From positions 72,486-136,485 of the IMG/VR virus record IMGVR_UViG_3300047476_001426: a DNA stretch of 64,000 bases. One strand, written 5' to 3'. How positions within the stretch are numbered: the first letter of the stretch is position 1; every line of letters starts with the position of its first letter. Shown piece by piece: positions 45,634-56,751 of the stretch. This DNA comes from a virus. The notes under the pieces are model-generated. The model was given only the letters and a program-made list of their open reading frames with translations. It was not told the origin of the DNA and did no database searches. The position numbers were made by a program, and so were the translations under genes.

Positions 45634-47205
45634 ATGAGATTTACAGATTTACTGTTTCAAACATTATTAGAAGAGGTAAAAAATAAAGCCCTCTTTACCA
45701 AACTAATGGATGGTTGGCGACAACAAAAGCCAAACCTGACTGATGAGGAGGGTGAAGAGCTCTTTAATTCTTTTGCCAGAATACAAAATGGTTTAAGACC
45801 GGATTTACCTCAAGTTTACACTTTTTTAACCAAATTTGACGGTAATCACGGACACTCAAAATTTGATGAGAAAAACTTAAAGAGTCTTCCAAGTTATACC
45901 TACGAACAAATAAGATTTTTAATTGATGAATATTCAGATACCGTAAGGGAAAGGGAGGTTGATGCATTTTCTGGTAGAGATACTGCGGCAACACCTGAAA
46001 GAGTTGAAGCATCAAAAAATTTATGGTTTGGTGGTGATAATTTGATATTTCAAAAAGATGGATTAAGAGTTTATGACATTAAGAATGAACAAATGTCAAT
46101 TAGATATGGTTATTGGTACCATGTTGTTTACAAAAACGCTAAAGAGAACGCCGGACAGAATCAACGTATTAATGATGTTTGGTGTGTAACTTGGAGACCT
46201 GATATGGGTAAAACCAATATGTGGGGTTCATATCGTGGAACGAGAAGTTTTTATTATGTAATCGATGAAAACAAATCCCCAACAGATAAATTTTACATAA
46301 GTGCGATTCAAAAAGACACAAGTAATCGCTCAGGGTTTAAAATAAATTCCATGTTTAATGATGGTGATAATGATGTTACTTTTGATGAAATTGTAAACAT
46401 ATACCCACAATTAGCTGGAGAAGAAAAAATATTTAAAGTAAAACCATACAGTGAAGAAGAAAGAACCACAAATAACGTGGTTGGTCAGATTAACGAAAGA
46501 CCAGGAAGTCAATATGAGTTTAGAAGAGTCTCAAAACAATTAAAGAAAGCATACATAGATAATGGTGGTACATTGACAGACCCAAATTCATGGAAAGCGA
46601 TGGACACGTCTCTAAGAAATCTCTACATTTTATTTCCCCAACTTAATAGAAACAATGTGTTCTCAAGATTTGGGAATTTTTCATTTATCAATGAAATAAA
46701 ACGAGTTGGTAATGAATTTAGGTTATTAGATAATACCCTTAAACAAAAAGGAATTGATGAGGGTGTTGGTGCAATCTATGACCACATCAACAAAAATGAA
46801 TTTAAAGTTGCGAGAATTAGTGCCGATAATAAATCAATTAGAATTTACGAAAGTAAGAGAAATGGGAAATATGGTTTGTACGATATATCCAAATTTGATT
46901 GGGTAAATCATAATGGCGTTTACTATGAACCATTATTTGATGAAATTACAACCGACATTTATGTAGATTCTGAGGGTGAAACATATATTGTCGAATCTTT
47001 TGGTAAATCGGGTATAGAAGATGACCAATCATTTTACGTTGTTTATAATACCGACGAATCAAAGAATCCACAATACGATGGACATATATTGTCAGCAAGA
47101 AAGTGGAAAGAATTACAAAAAGAATTATCTCCTGAAGATGGTACAGAACCAGAAAGTGATGAACCAAGCAATTATTCAGATATAAAAGAAAAAAGGGGTT
47201 ATTAA
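45634..47205 (+). CDS. Large probable head-packaged protein with WC-motif domain
   Basis: 523 aa; LLEE leader; WCVTW..N.W.SY..FYYVID. Confidence 0.75.
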   Translation: MRFTDLLFQTLLEEVKNKALFTKLMDGWRQQKPNLTDEEGEELFNSFARIQNGLRPDLPQVYTFLTKFDGNHGHSKFDEKNLKSLPSYTYEQIRFLIDEYSDTVREREVDAFSGRDTAATPERVEASKNLWFGGDNLIFQKDGLRVYDIKNEQMSIRYGYWYHVVYKNAKENAGQNQRINDVWCVTWRPDMGKTNMWGSYRGTRSFYYVIDENKSPTDKFYISAIQKDTSNRSGFKINSMFNDGDNDVTFDEIVNIYPQLAGEEKIFKVKPYSEEERTTNNVVGQINERPGSQYEFRRVSKQLKKAYIDNGGTLTDPNSWKAMDTSLRNLYILFPQLNRNNVFSRFGNFSFINEIKRVGNEFRLLDNTLKQKGIDEGVGAIYDHINKNEFKVARISADNKSIRIYESKRNGKYGLYDISKFDWVNHNGVYYEPLFDEITTDIYVDSEGETYIVESFGKSGIEDDQSFYVVYNTDESKNPQYDGHILSARKWKELQKELSPEDGTEPESDEPSNYSDIKEKRGY

Positions 47206-47215
47206 ACCCCTTTTT

Positions 47216-48043
47216 TTATGATAATAAAGAATAGTATTCTTTAAAATGTTTTATTCGGTCTGAAAGCCCAATTGTTCCACCATTTACTCTTTTTGTAATT
47301 TTAGTTACAACGGTATCACTTGAACCCTCATCGGCCATTTTATGTAATCCATTTTTATTAAAAAACCAAGCCGCCGATAATAGAGCGTATTTTGAAGAAA
47401 CTAAATCAGGATTTGAAATAACGTCTTCATTGATTGCTTTACCAAACGCAGTATAGTTATCCTTTCCAGTCAATTGGATATAACCTCTGCCACGGAATTT
47501 GTAACCTTCTTTTGTTGATTCAACACCATTACCCATTCTTCCACCATAAACACGAGAAGCAATTGCTTCGGGTTTTCTTTGATATTGTTCAGCCAATGCA
47601 TCTGTTGGGAAGTATTTTCCGAAAATACCTCTTAAACCTTTTGCAGAATAGTTTAAATTTTCTTGTGTTGCCTTAAAACCACCTGATTCATGTCCACATT
47701 GTGCTAAAAAATGTGCTAATCTTAATGGTGTGTTTATTTGGAATTTCTGAGCGGTATCAGGAATCATCGAGATTACTGCATCAGGTACGTGACCTTTTAA
47801 TTTTTCTAATTTTAAACCACCGACATTTGGTACCGGTGATGGTTCGGTGATGACCGTTTGAGATGAGAACATTTTAGACCAAGTTCCGTCACCAACAATT
47901 CCGTCAGCGGTTAATCCATTAGTTGATTGCCAACCTTTTACAGCCAGTTCAGTGCCTGAACCAAACACACCATCAGGTGCTAAACCTAATTTTTCTTGTA
48001 ATTTTTTTACATCTTCTCCTGTAGAGCCTTTTTTGAGTAACAT
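47216..48043 (-). CDS. Endolysin: peptidoglycan-binding domain plus GH19 lysozyme
   Basis: LKKGSTGEDVKKLQ..DG.FG; FLAQCGHES, ENLNYS, RGRGYIQLTG, VNGG. Confidence 0.92.
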   Translation of the reverse strand: MLLKKGSTGEDVKKLQEKLGLAPDGVFGSGTELAVKGWQSTNGLTADGIVGDGTWSKMFSSQTVITEPSPVPNVGGLKLEKLKGHVPDAVISMIPDTAQKFQINTPLRLAHFLAQCGHESGGFKATQENLNYSAKGLRGIFGKYFPTDALAEQYQRKPEAIASRVYGGRMGNGVESTKEGYKFRGRGYIQLTGKDNYTAFGKAINEDVISNPDLVSSKYALLSAAWFFNKNGLHKMADEGSSDTVVTKITKRVNGGTIGLSDRIKHFKEYYSLLS

Positions 48044-48139
48044 AGTTGTTTTATTTAGTTAGTTATTATAACTAATAAATATTTTAAAAATACTAAAACC
48101 CGTTTCCACGTAAATGAGGTATTTATATATAAAAAGAAA

Positions 48140-48715
48140 ATGGGTAAAAAAATTATAGTAACCGAATCTCAAATGAGAAGACTTTTAGATAAAATGATTA
48201 ATGAATCTAAAATGGGTATTGATGAATTAGACTATCAATCATATACCGAGGGTGATGATTTACAACAATTACGTGACGCTATTGATAGAAACATCTTAGT
48301 AAGCGTTGCGTTTGTAAAAAAAGACGGTTCAGTTAGACATATGGCAATTAAAAAGAATATCAGTTCATATGTTGGAAGTGATAGGGAGAAATCTGAAAAA
48401 CAAATGAATGTTGAAATGAATAACAACATTAAAAAAGTTGTTGATATTAATGCATACAACAAAAAACTCAAAGAACTTAGAAACATGGGTATCGAAGATG
48501 ACCAAGCGAAAGCTGAGGCATCTAAAGTTGCTTGGAGAAGTATAAGTCTTGAAAATGTTTTAGGATTCATGGTAAGAGGTAATTTTGTTGATTTGAGAGA
48601 TGAAAATGAAATTATGAATCGTTTTGGTGAGGAGGTATATAATTCATTAACAAAGTCAATGAAAAACGCTTTAGCTCAGGACCAAATGGCTGACGAGCAA
48701 CCTGAAGAAATTTAA
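48140..48715 (+). CDS. Protein with SH3/WYL-like domain and TESQ leader
   Basis: VAFVKKDGSVR..WRS. Confidence 0.65.
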   Translation: MGKKIIVTESQMRRLLDKMINESKMGIDELDYQSYTEGDDLQQLRDAIDRNILVSVAFVKKDGSVRHMAIKKNISSYVGSDREKSEKQMNVEMNNNIKKVVDINAYNKKLKELRNMGIEDDQAKAEASKVAWRSISLENVLGFMVRGNFVDLRDENEIMNRFGEEVYNSLTKSMKNALAQDQMADEQPEEI

Positions 48716-48763
48716 GGTACCCATATTTGTTTTTATGGCGTATATTTTATCATCACCGAATAT

Positions 48764-48961
48764 ATGGTGAACCAAAATATGTCAGAATTAAGAATTATTA
48801 AATTTTCAAACAAAAAAGTGGTAATGAAACCACAAAATAAAATTGGTGTAACTGAGGTTTGGACACCCAATTATAACACGGTTACTGTATTCCCCGTTCA
48901 ATACATCATGCACGATGGTGTTCGTTATTTTTTACAACAAGTAACTGAAAAAACATCTTAA
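48764..48961 (+). CDS. Small hypothetical protein
   Basis: 65 aa ORF; start uncertain. Confidence 0.45.
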   Translation: MVNQNMSELRIIKFSNKKVVMKPQNKIGVTEVWTPNYNTVTVFPVQYIMHDGVRYFLQQVTEKTS

Positions 48962-48977
48962 ATGAATATTTATCCAT

Positions 48978-49286
48978 ATGAAGATTATTATCACGGAATC
49001 CCAATTAAAAAAAATTACTCAAGGATTGATTAATGAAACCGATTCTAAAACAGAGTATGCGGTAATTGAAATTCTTAAACCATTATCATATATGGATGAA
49101 AAATATTATTTCCAAGCAGTCCCATTATGGCATACTAAGGAAGATAAAATATACATCAAAAAGGGTGCGAGTGGTAATAAATTAATATCGACTAAAAATA
49201 TTAAAGTACTGAAAGTCTTCAGTTCAGAAAATGATGAAATGAGGGACTACTTAAAAAGTGTCAGAGAAAAAAATGAAAACAATTAA
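48978..49286 (+). CDS. Hypothetical protein with TESQ leader
   Basis: MKIIITESQLKK. Confidence 0.75.
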   Translation: MKIIITESQLKKITQGLINETDSKTEYAVIEILKPLSYMDEKYYFQAVPLWHTKEDKIYIKKGASGNKLISTKNIKVLKVFSSENDEMRDYLKSVREKNENN

Positions 49287-49373
49287 TTACATTTTTTATT
49301 CTGTAATATTCTTCTCAATATTTTGTTATTACTCGATTATAAGATTTATAGATAAAATAAAACCTTACATCAT

Positions 49374-49631
49374 ATGAACATACTTATTACAGAAAGTCAA
49401 TACAAAAAAGTATTAAAAGAATACTATGAAAAAGATAAACTTTACCATAGAGAAAGTTTAGTTCAAAGATTATTGGTTAAGAACAAGCAAGGATTTTTCG
49501 TGGCACCTAAACAAATTAGGGATGTTATTGAAAAATTACCTTATATCGATTGTTATGACCAAGAAGGTAATAAACAAACCTGTACAAAAATACCGGAGGT
49601 TCTTCATGTTTATTTGACTGGTAGGTATTAA
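49374..49631 (+). CDS. Hypothetical protein with TESQ leader
   Basis: MNILITESQYKK. Confidence 0.75.
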   Translation: MNILITESQYKKVLKEYYEKDKLYHRESLVQRLLVKNKQGFFVAPKQIRDVIEKLPYIDCYDQEGNKQTCTKIPEVLHVYLTGRY

Positions 49632-49671
49632 TTAAAATAATCAGATATTTATTTATAAAACAATATTAAAA

Positions 49672-50091
49672 ATGGGAAAGAAAATAGTATTAAGAGAATC
49701 TCAATTAAAAAGATTACTTCAATATAGTACAAAACAAAAATTACAAGAAAGTCTTGAAGACCTTGAACCTGTAGACTACAATATAGGTAAAGATGATGAG
49801 AATAACTTACCAAACCCACCTCAAGAATTGAATGTTGATGTTGTTGATGGTAAATTCGTGGACTACACTATGGGTAAAGAAGGTGATGAAAATCAACTAC
49901 CAAACCCACCCCAAGAAATAAATTTAGATATTGAAGAAGATGTTCCTATGGACGCAGAAATCGATATGGAAACAGGAATTACTATGGAAGATGATTACTC
50001 ATTAAATGAGGGTCAAAAAGAATTGAAATCAACTTTCAACAAATATATGGGAAACCCAATTATTGAAAGTTTAAGTTCAAAAATTAAATAA
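49672..50091 (+). CDS. Acidic protein with internal duplication and ESQ leader
   Basis: DY.IGKDDENNLPNPPQELN repeated as DYTMGKEGDENQLPNPPQEIN. Confidence 0.75.
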   Translation: MGKKIVLRESQLKRLLQYSTKQKLQESLEDLEPVDYNIGKDDENNLPNPPQELNVDVVDGKFVDYTMGKEGDENQLPNPPQEINLDIEEDVPMDAEIDMETGITMEDDYSLNEGQKELKSTFNKYMGNPIIESLSSKIK

Positions 50092-50170
50092 TTAAAACAC
50101 TATAAATAAAAAGACCCCTTATTGGGGTTTTTTTATGCCCATAACTTAAATCTCAAAGTATTTATAGAGT

Positions 50171-50797
50171 ATGAAATACATAATAACAGAATCTCAATTA
50201 AAGAAGATTATAGATAGTGAAATCGATGAGAGGTCAAGAACTCTTGCGAACACTCGTAAAAAAAGAATATTCCCGAAATCTGCAATGATGTCAAATCCCG
50301 ACAGATTTAAAGAATACGATAAAGAAGTACGAGACGTAAAAGAAGATATATCATCAGAAGAACAAGAGTTAGATTCGTTATTAATGTCTGCAGGGATTGT
50401 GTTGACCCCTGAAGAAAAATCTGAAATACAACCTGAATGTCAGCAATTTGAAATACCACCACAAGTTTCAAGTATAGTCGATACCATCAAACAAAAATTA
50501 GATGGTATGGATAAAGTAGGATTAATAAACACATTAAAACAAGTATTGTCTATTCAGAAAAAAGCTAAATCCCCACAACCCACACAAGAACAATTAGCAC
50601 CGGTAATTATTGCGGGCGTTTCAGTACCAGGTGTGGCGGTTGCAGTTGTTGTCGGTATTATCGCATTAATCATTGTTGTTAAAATCGCAGGATTAATTAA
50701 AGGTTCAAAAAGAGGGCACACAAGAAGTGGACAATCTTTTTGTAAAAGAAGAAGAAAGTTGGTTAGACGATTCGGTATTGATGGTAATTTTATGTAA
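50171..50797 (+). CDS. Membrane-anchored protein with TESQ leader
   Basis: Long hydrophobic segment then basic C-tail. Confidence 0.75.
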   Translation: MKYIITESQLKKIIDSEIDERSRTLANTRKKRIFPKSAMMSNPDRFKEYDKEVRDVKEDISSEEQELDSLLMSAGIVLTPEEKSEIQPECQQFEIPPQVSSIVDTIKQKLDGMDKVGLINTLKQVLSIQKKAKSPQPTQEQLAPVIIAGVSVPGVAVAVVVGIIALIIVVKIAGLIKGSKRGHTRSGQSFCKRRRKLVRRFGIDGNFM

Positions 50798-50803
50798 TTA
50801 ATT

Positions 50804-51157
50804 ATGAAAATAATACTAACAGAGGAACAATTAAAAAAAGCAATCAAATCGGTTTCAAACGATTTTGAAAATTTCGCCGAAACCAGAATGGGTGGTGCAA
50901 AAAAAATTAGTGAAAATGCAAAAGAAAAAGGTGGGTTATCTTTATTAACTTATCACCACTTCGTTGTTAAATTACCATACTATAAAAAAGCATCTGAAGG
51001 AAAGTTAACCAAAGATGCAATGGAAAAAGAGTATAAAAAATTACTAGAACAACTATACAATTCAACCAAAGATGGTATGGACATCAAACAAATTCAATTT
51101 CAGGAATTGGTCGGTAAAATAGAAGTTCTTGGTGAACTGTTAATTAAAGACAAATAA
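50804..51157 (+). CDS. Hypothetical protein with TEEQ leader
   Basis: MKIILTEEQLKK. Confidence 0.75.
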   Translation: MKIILTEEQLKKAIKSVSNDFENFAETRMGGAKKISENAKEKGGLSLLTYHHFVVKLPYYKKASEGKLTKDAMEKEYKKLLEQLYNSTKDGMDIKQIQFQELVGKIEVLGELLIKDK

Positions 51158-51164
51158 AGATAGT

Positions 51165-51245
51165 TGGGGTTTGAAAACCCCACTTTAGGACCGGGACTAG
51201 TTCACGGAGTTAAGGGGTGAATTCGCTACTCACCCCTTTTTATTT
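51165..51245 (+). other. Double-hairpin intergenic element/terminator
   Basis: TGGGGTTT/AAACCCCA and AAGGGGTGA/TCACCCCTT-TTT. Confidence 0.5.
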
Positions 51246-51250
51246 ACCCC

Positions 51251-51805
51251 TTAATTTATTTTATATTTTTCTACTTCGTCCGCTGTAATTAAATGGTCCA
51301 AATTACGTTTTTCTTTTACCATTGGGTAATTAAATGACCTCTCAAAAAAAGTTGTAATTATTTTATTCTGTTTAACAATAAAAAATAATATATCACCAAC
51401 TGACTGAGTTTCTTTATCCATCAAATATAACTTAGTAAAAGCTTCATCTTTTAAAACACTTCTAAGTGTTTCATATTTATCATCCTTAGAATAAAAATTT
51501 ATACGTTCAACATCAATATTAAATCTATGTACCTCTATACCAAAATCTTCGTCCTCAGGTAAATCATAGGACATAATTTTTTTGATGGTGTTGCCGATTT
51601 GTTCCCTTTCACTATTTGAAAGCATGTACGTTCCAACTTCACGAACATCTAATTTATTGTTTACTTTGGTAAATTTTTTAACAATAAATTCTTCGTTATT
51701 TGTGAATCTTATATAGAAATTCTTATTGTAGTGATAACTGGCCATGAGCTCATTTAGCTCAGAATCAACATACTCCTTTAATATTTTCTTTATTAATTTT
51801 TCCAT
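51251..51805 (-). CDS. Hypothetical protein
   Basis: 184 aa; ILKE leader. Confidence 0.7.
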   Translation of the reverse strand: MEKLIKKILKEYVDSELNELMASYHYNKNFYIRFTNNEEFIVKKFTKVNNKLDVREVGTYMLSNSEREQIGNTIKKIMSYDLPEDEDFGIEVHRFNIDVERINFYSKDDKYETLRSVLKDEAFTKLYLMDKETQSVGDILFFIVKQNKIITTFFERSFNYPMVKEKRNLDHLITADEVEKYKIN

Positions 51806-51808
51806 AAA

Positions 51809-52399
51809 TTATTTAATGTCTTTCGACTCAATAAGGGTATATGTAAAAGACTTACCATGTATTGTTGCTGCTTTGTTCATGATTTTCATAAAACTATCAA
51901 AATCAACGGACTTTTTAAATACTTGACAACCCTCTGACCAGTTTTCAACATATGTTGAATCGGCACCTGCTTTGTGAATATTGATTCCGAATACACCTTC
52001 TTGAATTATGTTTTCATCGTACTGCATATCCTTATCTTTATCACGGTATACCTTAACAGGTTTTTGTTGTTTTAATGCTTCGTATTTTCCTTGGTGTAAT
52101 CCAATTGTGTGAGAACCTCTGTATTGACCCGGTACCAATCTTGCCACCCCCGCAGCATTATGATACTCCATGACACCTTTTTTACCAGGGTCTGTTGTTG
52201 CTGGCCAAATATGAAATTTCCATTCACCACCTTCTTTATATGAAACGGTTAAAAAATCATCAAATACGTTTGTCACTTTATCACCCGTACTTGAGTTTCT
52301 AACCCCGACGATATTCACATCGAAATCCTTCAAACCTTCAAACCACACATAACCTTTTGACTTGACTGTTTCTTCAATTTGCTCTCTCTTGTAACTCAT
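51809..52399 (-). CDS. L,D-transpeptidase (YkuD)-like cell-wall enzyme
   Basis: GINIH..WSEGCQV His/Cys motif; TTDPG. Confidence 0.65.
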   Translation of the reverse strand: MSYKREQIEETVKSKGYVWFEGLKDFDVNIVGVRNSSTGDKVTNVFDDFLTVSYKEGGEWKFHIWPATTDPGKKGVMEYHNAAGVARLVPGQYRGSHTIGLHQGKYEALKQQKPVKVYRDKDKDMQYDENIIQEGVFGINIHKAGADSTYVENWSEGCQVFKKSVDFDSFMKIMNKAATIHGKSFTYTLIESKDIK

Positions 52400-52502
52400 T
52401 TTTTGTTTAATTAGGTTTTATTATTTTAATATAAATATCCCCAAAAAAAGATATTCTTTAAGGTATTTATATTATATTGTTGGAACTTACAATCATTCAG
52501 TT

Positions 52503-53327
52503 ATGGATAGAAAATTAAAAAACGCATTTAGGAAAGTACTTTCAGAAAATATGACACCTAATCAAACCGCCGCAATGAGTGCAGGGTTTGGACCGGTATC
52601 TGTTGAATACGCCAATACTTTATCATCACAAGGTAAAATAACCGCACAACCAAATAACACTCCTTGGAGTGTGGTTCAAAATAGTCCAGCACCACAAACA
52701 CCGACACAACCAACTAATACAAGTGTTAAATTCGGGGTGGACTATAAATTCACATACCCCGGTGATAATGCGTATAGTTACGGATATAAAGATGGTAAGT
52801 GGTATGCTAAAAATATTTCAAAAAACACCGAATTTGATTTATCTTCAAATCCAAAATTTAAATCATCTGTTGATAATTTAAATAAAAAATTTGGTAGTCA
52901 GGTTGGTAGCACTCAAACACAAAATACCCAACAACAACCAACTAATCAACCACAATCACCATATCAGTTTGATTTTAAACAGAATCTCACTGCGGTGGAT
53001 AACACATATGTAAAACCAATGGTACCACCAGTACTAAAAGAAGGTGTGAGAAGAAAAACAATACTTGAATCCAAATATGATGTTTACCATAAAAGTTACA
53101 CATCAGCAATAAATGCTGCGTTAGATTACGCCAACGAAAGAGGTTTCGAATACGATAAAGAAGAAACCGCAAGAGAAATCGGTTTGGGTCCTAAAAAACC
53201 GTCAGAAGGAAAAACAAATAGATTTTCAATTTCATTAACAAAAGACGGAAAAGAGCAAAAGAAAAAATTACACATCCAAGTTTATGGTATGGGTGAGAAA
53301 TACGAATTAAATTGTTACATTAATTAA
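52503..53327 (+). CDS. Multi-domain probable virion protein with Gln/Pro/Thr linkers
   Basis: 274 aa; VLSE leader. Confidence 0.7.
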   Translation: MDRKLKNAFRKVLSENMTPNQTAAMSAGFGPVSVEYANTLSSQGKITAQPNNTPWSVVQNSPAPQTPTQPTNTSVKFGVDYKFTYPGDNAYSYGYKDGKWYAKNISKNTEFDLSSNPKFKSSVDNLNKKFGSQVGSTQTQNTQQQPTNQPQSPYQFDFKQNLTAVDNTYVKPMVPPVLKEGVRRKTILESKYDVYHKSYTSAINAALDYANERGFEYDKEETAREIGLGPKKPSEGKTNRFSISLTKDGKEQKKKLHIQVYGMGEKYELNCYIN

Positions 53328-55144
53328 TGAAAATTTTATCACTAATAGAATCAATAATTTTAGAGGCAACTCCCGATGAAATATATAACTCATATTATTC
53401 GGACATTCCTCGAGACACTTTTAATGAAATTATTATAAGTGACCCACAAACCAAATCAAATGATAGAGGAATCCAACGTATTGGTAAGTATGCTAAATTA
53501 TTGATTAATCTTTTCAGAAAAAAAACACTAAAGATTGAAGATTTACCAAGAGCAAAAGAATACTTAGAATATGTTTATAAACATAGTATTGCTCTTGATT
53601 CAAATAAAATCAAATCATTAAATGATTTGTATGATGTTGTAAAAGGTTATTATGCTAAGGATACAAGAGACCTCAGTTCGATTATATCCGCATTAGATGA
53701 GAAAGAATATAGGAAGGTCTTTCAGGGGGACAAATGGTCTATTTTTGTTCCACTTACAGAAAAGGCGTCTTGTTATTTAGGTGTGAACACTGAATGGTGT
53801 ACAACTTGGGGTCCACAATCTTTAAACCCAAAACATAAAGACAGAGGTAGTTTATTCTCAAGATATAATTCACAGGGTCAACTTTTTATTTTAATAAACA
53901 ATTCCGATATTAATGACAAATATCAATTCCATTTTGAGTCCAAACAATACATGGACAAAGAAGATGCTAGAATTAATGTACAGGAATTTTTAAATAATAA
54001 TGAAGAAGTAAAAAACTTTTTCTTCCCATCACTCATCAACAATGATTTAGATAACGATGTGTTGTTATCACAAATTACTCGTTTAAATGCACTTGATGAT
54101 GAAGATGCGTCAATATTGGTAAATAAATTAGTTTCAAGTTCCGCGAAAACCAACCCATTGATTGCAGCATTAGTTAGTAAAAATTTGGATTCACTTGAGC
54201 AACTCATTACAGATGACGATGTTGAGTCGTTGGAATTTGAAAGAGAGTATTTGATTATCTCACTTAAAAGTTCATTCGGAGGAAGTTTAAGAACCACTCA
54301 CGATACCCTGAGTTATTACCAACACGAAGCTAATGATGGTAGAGAGGTTCTGTGGGATAGAATGAATAATGAAGACACTGATTATATTAGAGATACTTTA
54401 TCACATTATTTAGAAGAATATTATAAGAGAAATGCCGATGAATTAAGGTCATCATATGGGTATCGTGATTATGAAGAATTTAAATCAGACCATTTTGATA
54501 ATTTTACTCAAAATGATAATATTTGGGATTGGTATTCCGATACATATGTGAGCAAAAATGCTCAACATTTTGAAAACGCCGCACAAGCTGAAGCCGACGC
54601 TATTGAGAAATATATTGATTTTGATACATACGGTAGAAGAGAGGAGATTAAAGTTAAAATCCCATATTTTTTACTTTTCCTAGCAAAAAAAGATTACAAA
54701 ACTATTGATGGAAAAGAAGATTATATGGTTGACGTTTTGGATGATTATGTGAGCTACTACGATATTGACAATGATTACGAAGGTATATGGGACCATCAAA
54801 TAGATGATGTTACATACGAAGATTTGGAAAAACCAATCACAGAATATTTTGAAAATTTATTTGATGATTTTGAGGGTATGAAGAAATGTGGTGAATACCG
54901 TAACATATTAAATGATGTGGTTCAAAAGGTATTTAAAGGTTCTGATAGAGTTGAGAATGAAGAATTCATGATTTATTTACCATCAATGAAAATTGATTGT
55001 GATAGTGGAAGTATTGTCATTGTGTTCAAAGATAAAAAGAAAGGGACGAGTGAAACAGGACCTGTAAAAGTTGAAAACTTAGCATCATATGCAACCAACT
55101 ATAAACTATTTGAAAATATAATGTCTTTCAAGAGATTCATATGA
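53327..55144 (+). CDS. Large acidic probable head protein with WC-motif domain
   Basis: ILEA leader; TEWCTTW..YNSQG.LFILI..KYQFHF. Confidence 0.75.
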   Translation: MKILSLIESIILEATPDEIYNSYYSDIPRDTFNEIIISDPQTKSNDRGIQRIGKYAKLLINLFRKKTLKIEDLPRAKEYLEYVYKHSIALDSNKIKSLNDLYDVVKGYYAKDTRDLSSIISALDEKEYRKVFQGDKWSIFVPLTEKASCYLGVNTEWCTTWGPQSLNPKHKDRGSLFSRYNSQGQLFILINNSDINDKYQFHFESKQYMDKEDARINVQEFLNNNEEVKNFFFPSLINNDLDNDVLLSQITRLNALDDEDASILVNKLVSSSAKTNPLIAALVSKNLDSLEQLITDDDVESLEFEREYLIISLKSSFGGSLRTTHDTLSYYQHEANDGREVLWDRMNNEDTDYIRDTLSHYLEEYYKRNADELRSSYGYRDYEEFKSDHFDNFTQNDNIWDWYSDTYVSKNAQHFENAAQAEADAIEKYIDFDTYGRREEIKVKIPYFLLFLAKKDYKTIDGKEDYMVDVLDDYVSYYDIDNDYEGIWDHQIDDVTYEDLEKPITEYFENLFDDFEGMKKCGEYRNILNDVVQKVFKGSDRVENEEFMIYLPSMKIDCDSGSIVIVFKDKKKGTSETGPVKVENLASYATNYKLFENIMSFKRFI

Positions 55145-56751
55145 AAACAATAACAATAATTGAAGATTTAATTCTTGAAGCAAACAGGAAAGACACCCTT
55201 ATAAATAAGTTAGGTCTTAGTCAAGAGAACGCGGAATTGTTAGAAGAATTAACCGGTCCATTATCAATTATTATTGGTAACAAACTTATTGATGTATTTG
55301 GTCAAAAACAGTTAGAATATCTTTCATCTGCAGTACCTGAAGATGAAGAGAGGAGAATGAGGGAAGAATTTAAAAAGAATCCCGAGTATCGAAGAAAAAT
55401 GGGGGTGGATGCGATTAATAAATCGAGTGGTGTGAGAGGAATGAGAAGTAATATTGTTTCAATCATGGACTGGGTTCGTATTGGTTTAAATGGTAATATT
55501 TCTCAATATAAAAATTTAGATTTCAATAATCTTTATTCAGAATCAAGAAAATGGCATAATGAATTAACATCTGGAGAAGGTGACATTAATTATGTTGAGA
55601 AAAATGAAATTATAAGGGATTTTAGAGATAAGAATGGTATTGGTTTTTATTGGGCCAATTTAAATACCAACGATTCTCGAGAAGAATGTAATAGAATGGG
55701 TCACTGTGGTAGAACCAGTTCAAGTAACACAATCTATTCCCTCAGAGAAACTAAAAAATTAAAAGATAATTATACCATCAATAAAAGTCATTTAACCGCA
55801 GCAATCGGGGATGAGGATGGTTTTATGTACCAATTAAAGGGACCTAAGAATAGTAAACCAAAATCTGAATATCATCCTTACATAACTGATTTAATTTTAA
55901 ATACCGATATTATAAAAGGATTTGGTAGTGAGTATAGTAGTGCTGACGACTTTAGTATTGCGGACTTACCCGAAGACCAAATAAAACAAATTTACCAATC
56001 TAAACCCGAAATATTCAATACTCGTAAATTAAAAAGAGCAATACAGAAACTTGGTTTAATACAAGACTTCCAAGAACCTGATATGGTTTTTGATTGGGAG
56101 ATTGACCCTGATTCCGTGAATTATTATGTTGAAGGAGACTGGACGGTTAGAACAATTAAAGACAACTATGGTCAAGGTCGTGCAAGAAATATCGGATTTA
56201 TTGAAACTTTATTATCGGGAGATATTTGGGACCTAACAGACGGTTATTATGATGATTGGAAATCAGCATTGGAATATTATGCTGACGATGAGAATAAAGG
56301 AATAATCACAGATTATTTAAGGGACAGAGCGGGTGAAGAGTTTGACCCAAATATGTCAATTGAGGAATTAATCGATGAGTACGATGACGAGTACGAAGTT
56401 AGAGGAGCTTTAGGTTCCGCATACTCAGATTCTGCAAATTCTTCGTACTATGATTATGCGATGAAGCAACTAAAAAATGCTTTAGGTGATTATGGTGATG
56501 TACAGTCTCTAAATGACAGAGGAGCAACAATTAGAATTAATTTAAAAAACATCATCAATAGTATGGGATATGGTGAGGATGAGATGGATGAGTTTTTTGA
56601 AAAATGTGACGACGACGCACAATGTGTATTCCATGAATTATTGGGTGAATATTATGACAAACCGAGATTCTATATTGACGATAGATGGACACCTGACATC
56701 GACAGTGGTGATTTTAATAGTTATTTAAACGATAGACTTTCTGAGATATGA
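55141..56751 (+). CDS. Large acidic probable head protein with PcfJ-like motif
   Basis: ILEA leader; ECNRMGHCG..IYSLR. Confidence 0.7.
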   Translation: MKTITIIEDLILEANRKDTLINKLGLSQENAELLEELTGPLSIIIGNKLIDVFGQKQLEYLSSAVPEDEERRMREEFKKNPEYRRKMGVDAINKSSGVRGMRSNIVSIMDWVRIGLNGNISQYKNLDFNNLYSESRKWHNELTSGEGDINYVEKNEIIRDFRDKNGIGFYWANLNTNDSREECNRMGHCGRTSSSNTIYSLRETKKLKDNYTINKSHLTAAIGDEDGFMYQLKGPKNSKPKSEYHPYITDLILNTDIIKGFGSEYSSADDFSIADLPEDQIKQIYQSKPEIFNTRKLKRAIQKLGLIQDFQEPDMVFDWEIDPDSVNYYVEGDWTVRTIKDNYGQGRARNIGFIETLLSGDIWDLTDGYYDDWKSALEYYADDENKGIITDYLRDRAGEEFDPNMSIEELIDEYDDEYEVRGALGSAYSDSANSSYYDYAMKQLKNALGDYGDVQSLNDRGATIRINLKNIINSMGYGEDEMDEFFEKCDDDAQCVFHELLGEYYDKPRFYIDDRWTPDIDSGDFNSYLNDRLSEI

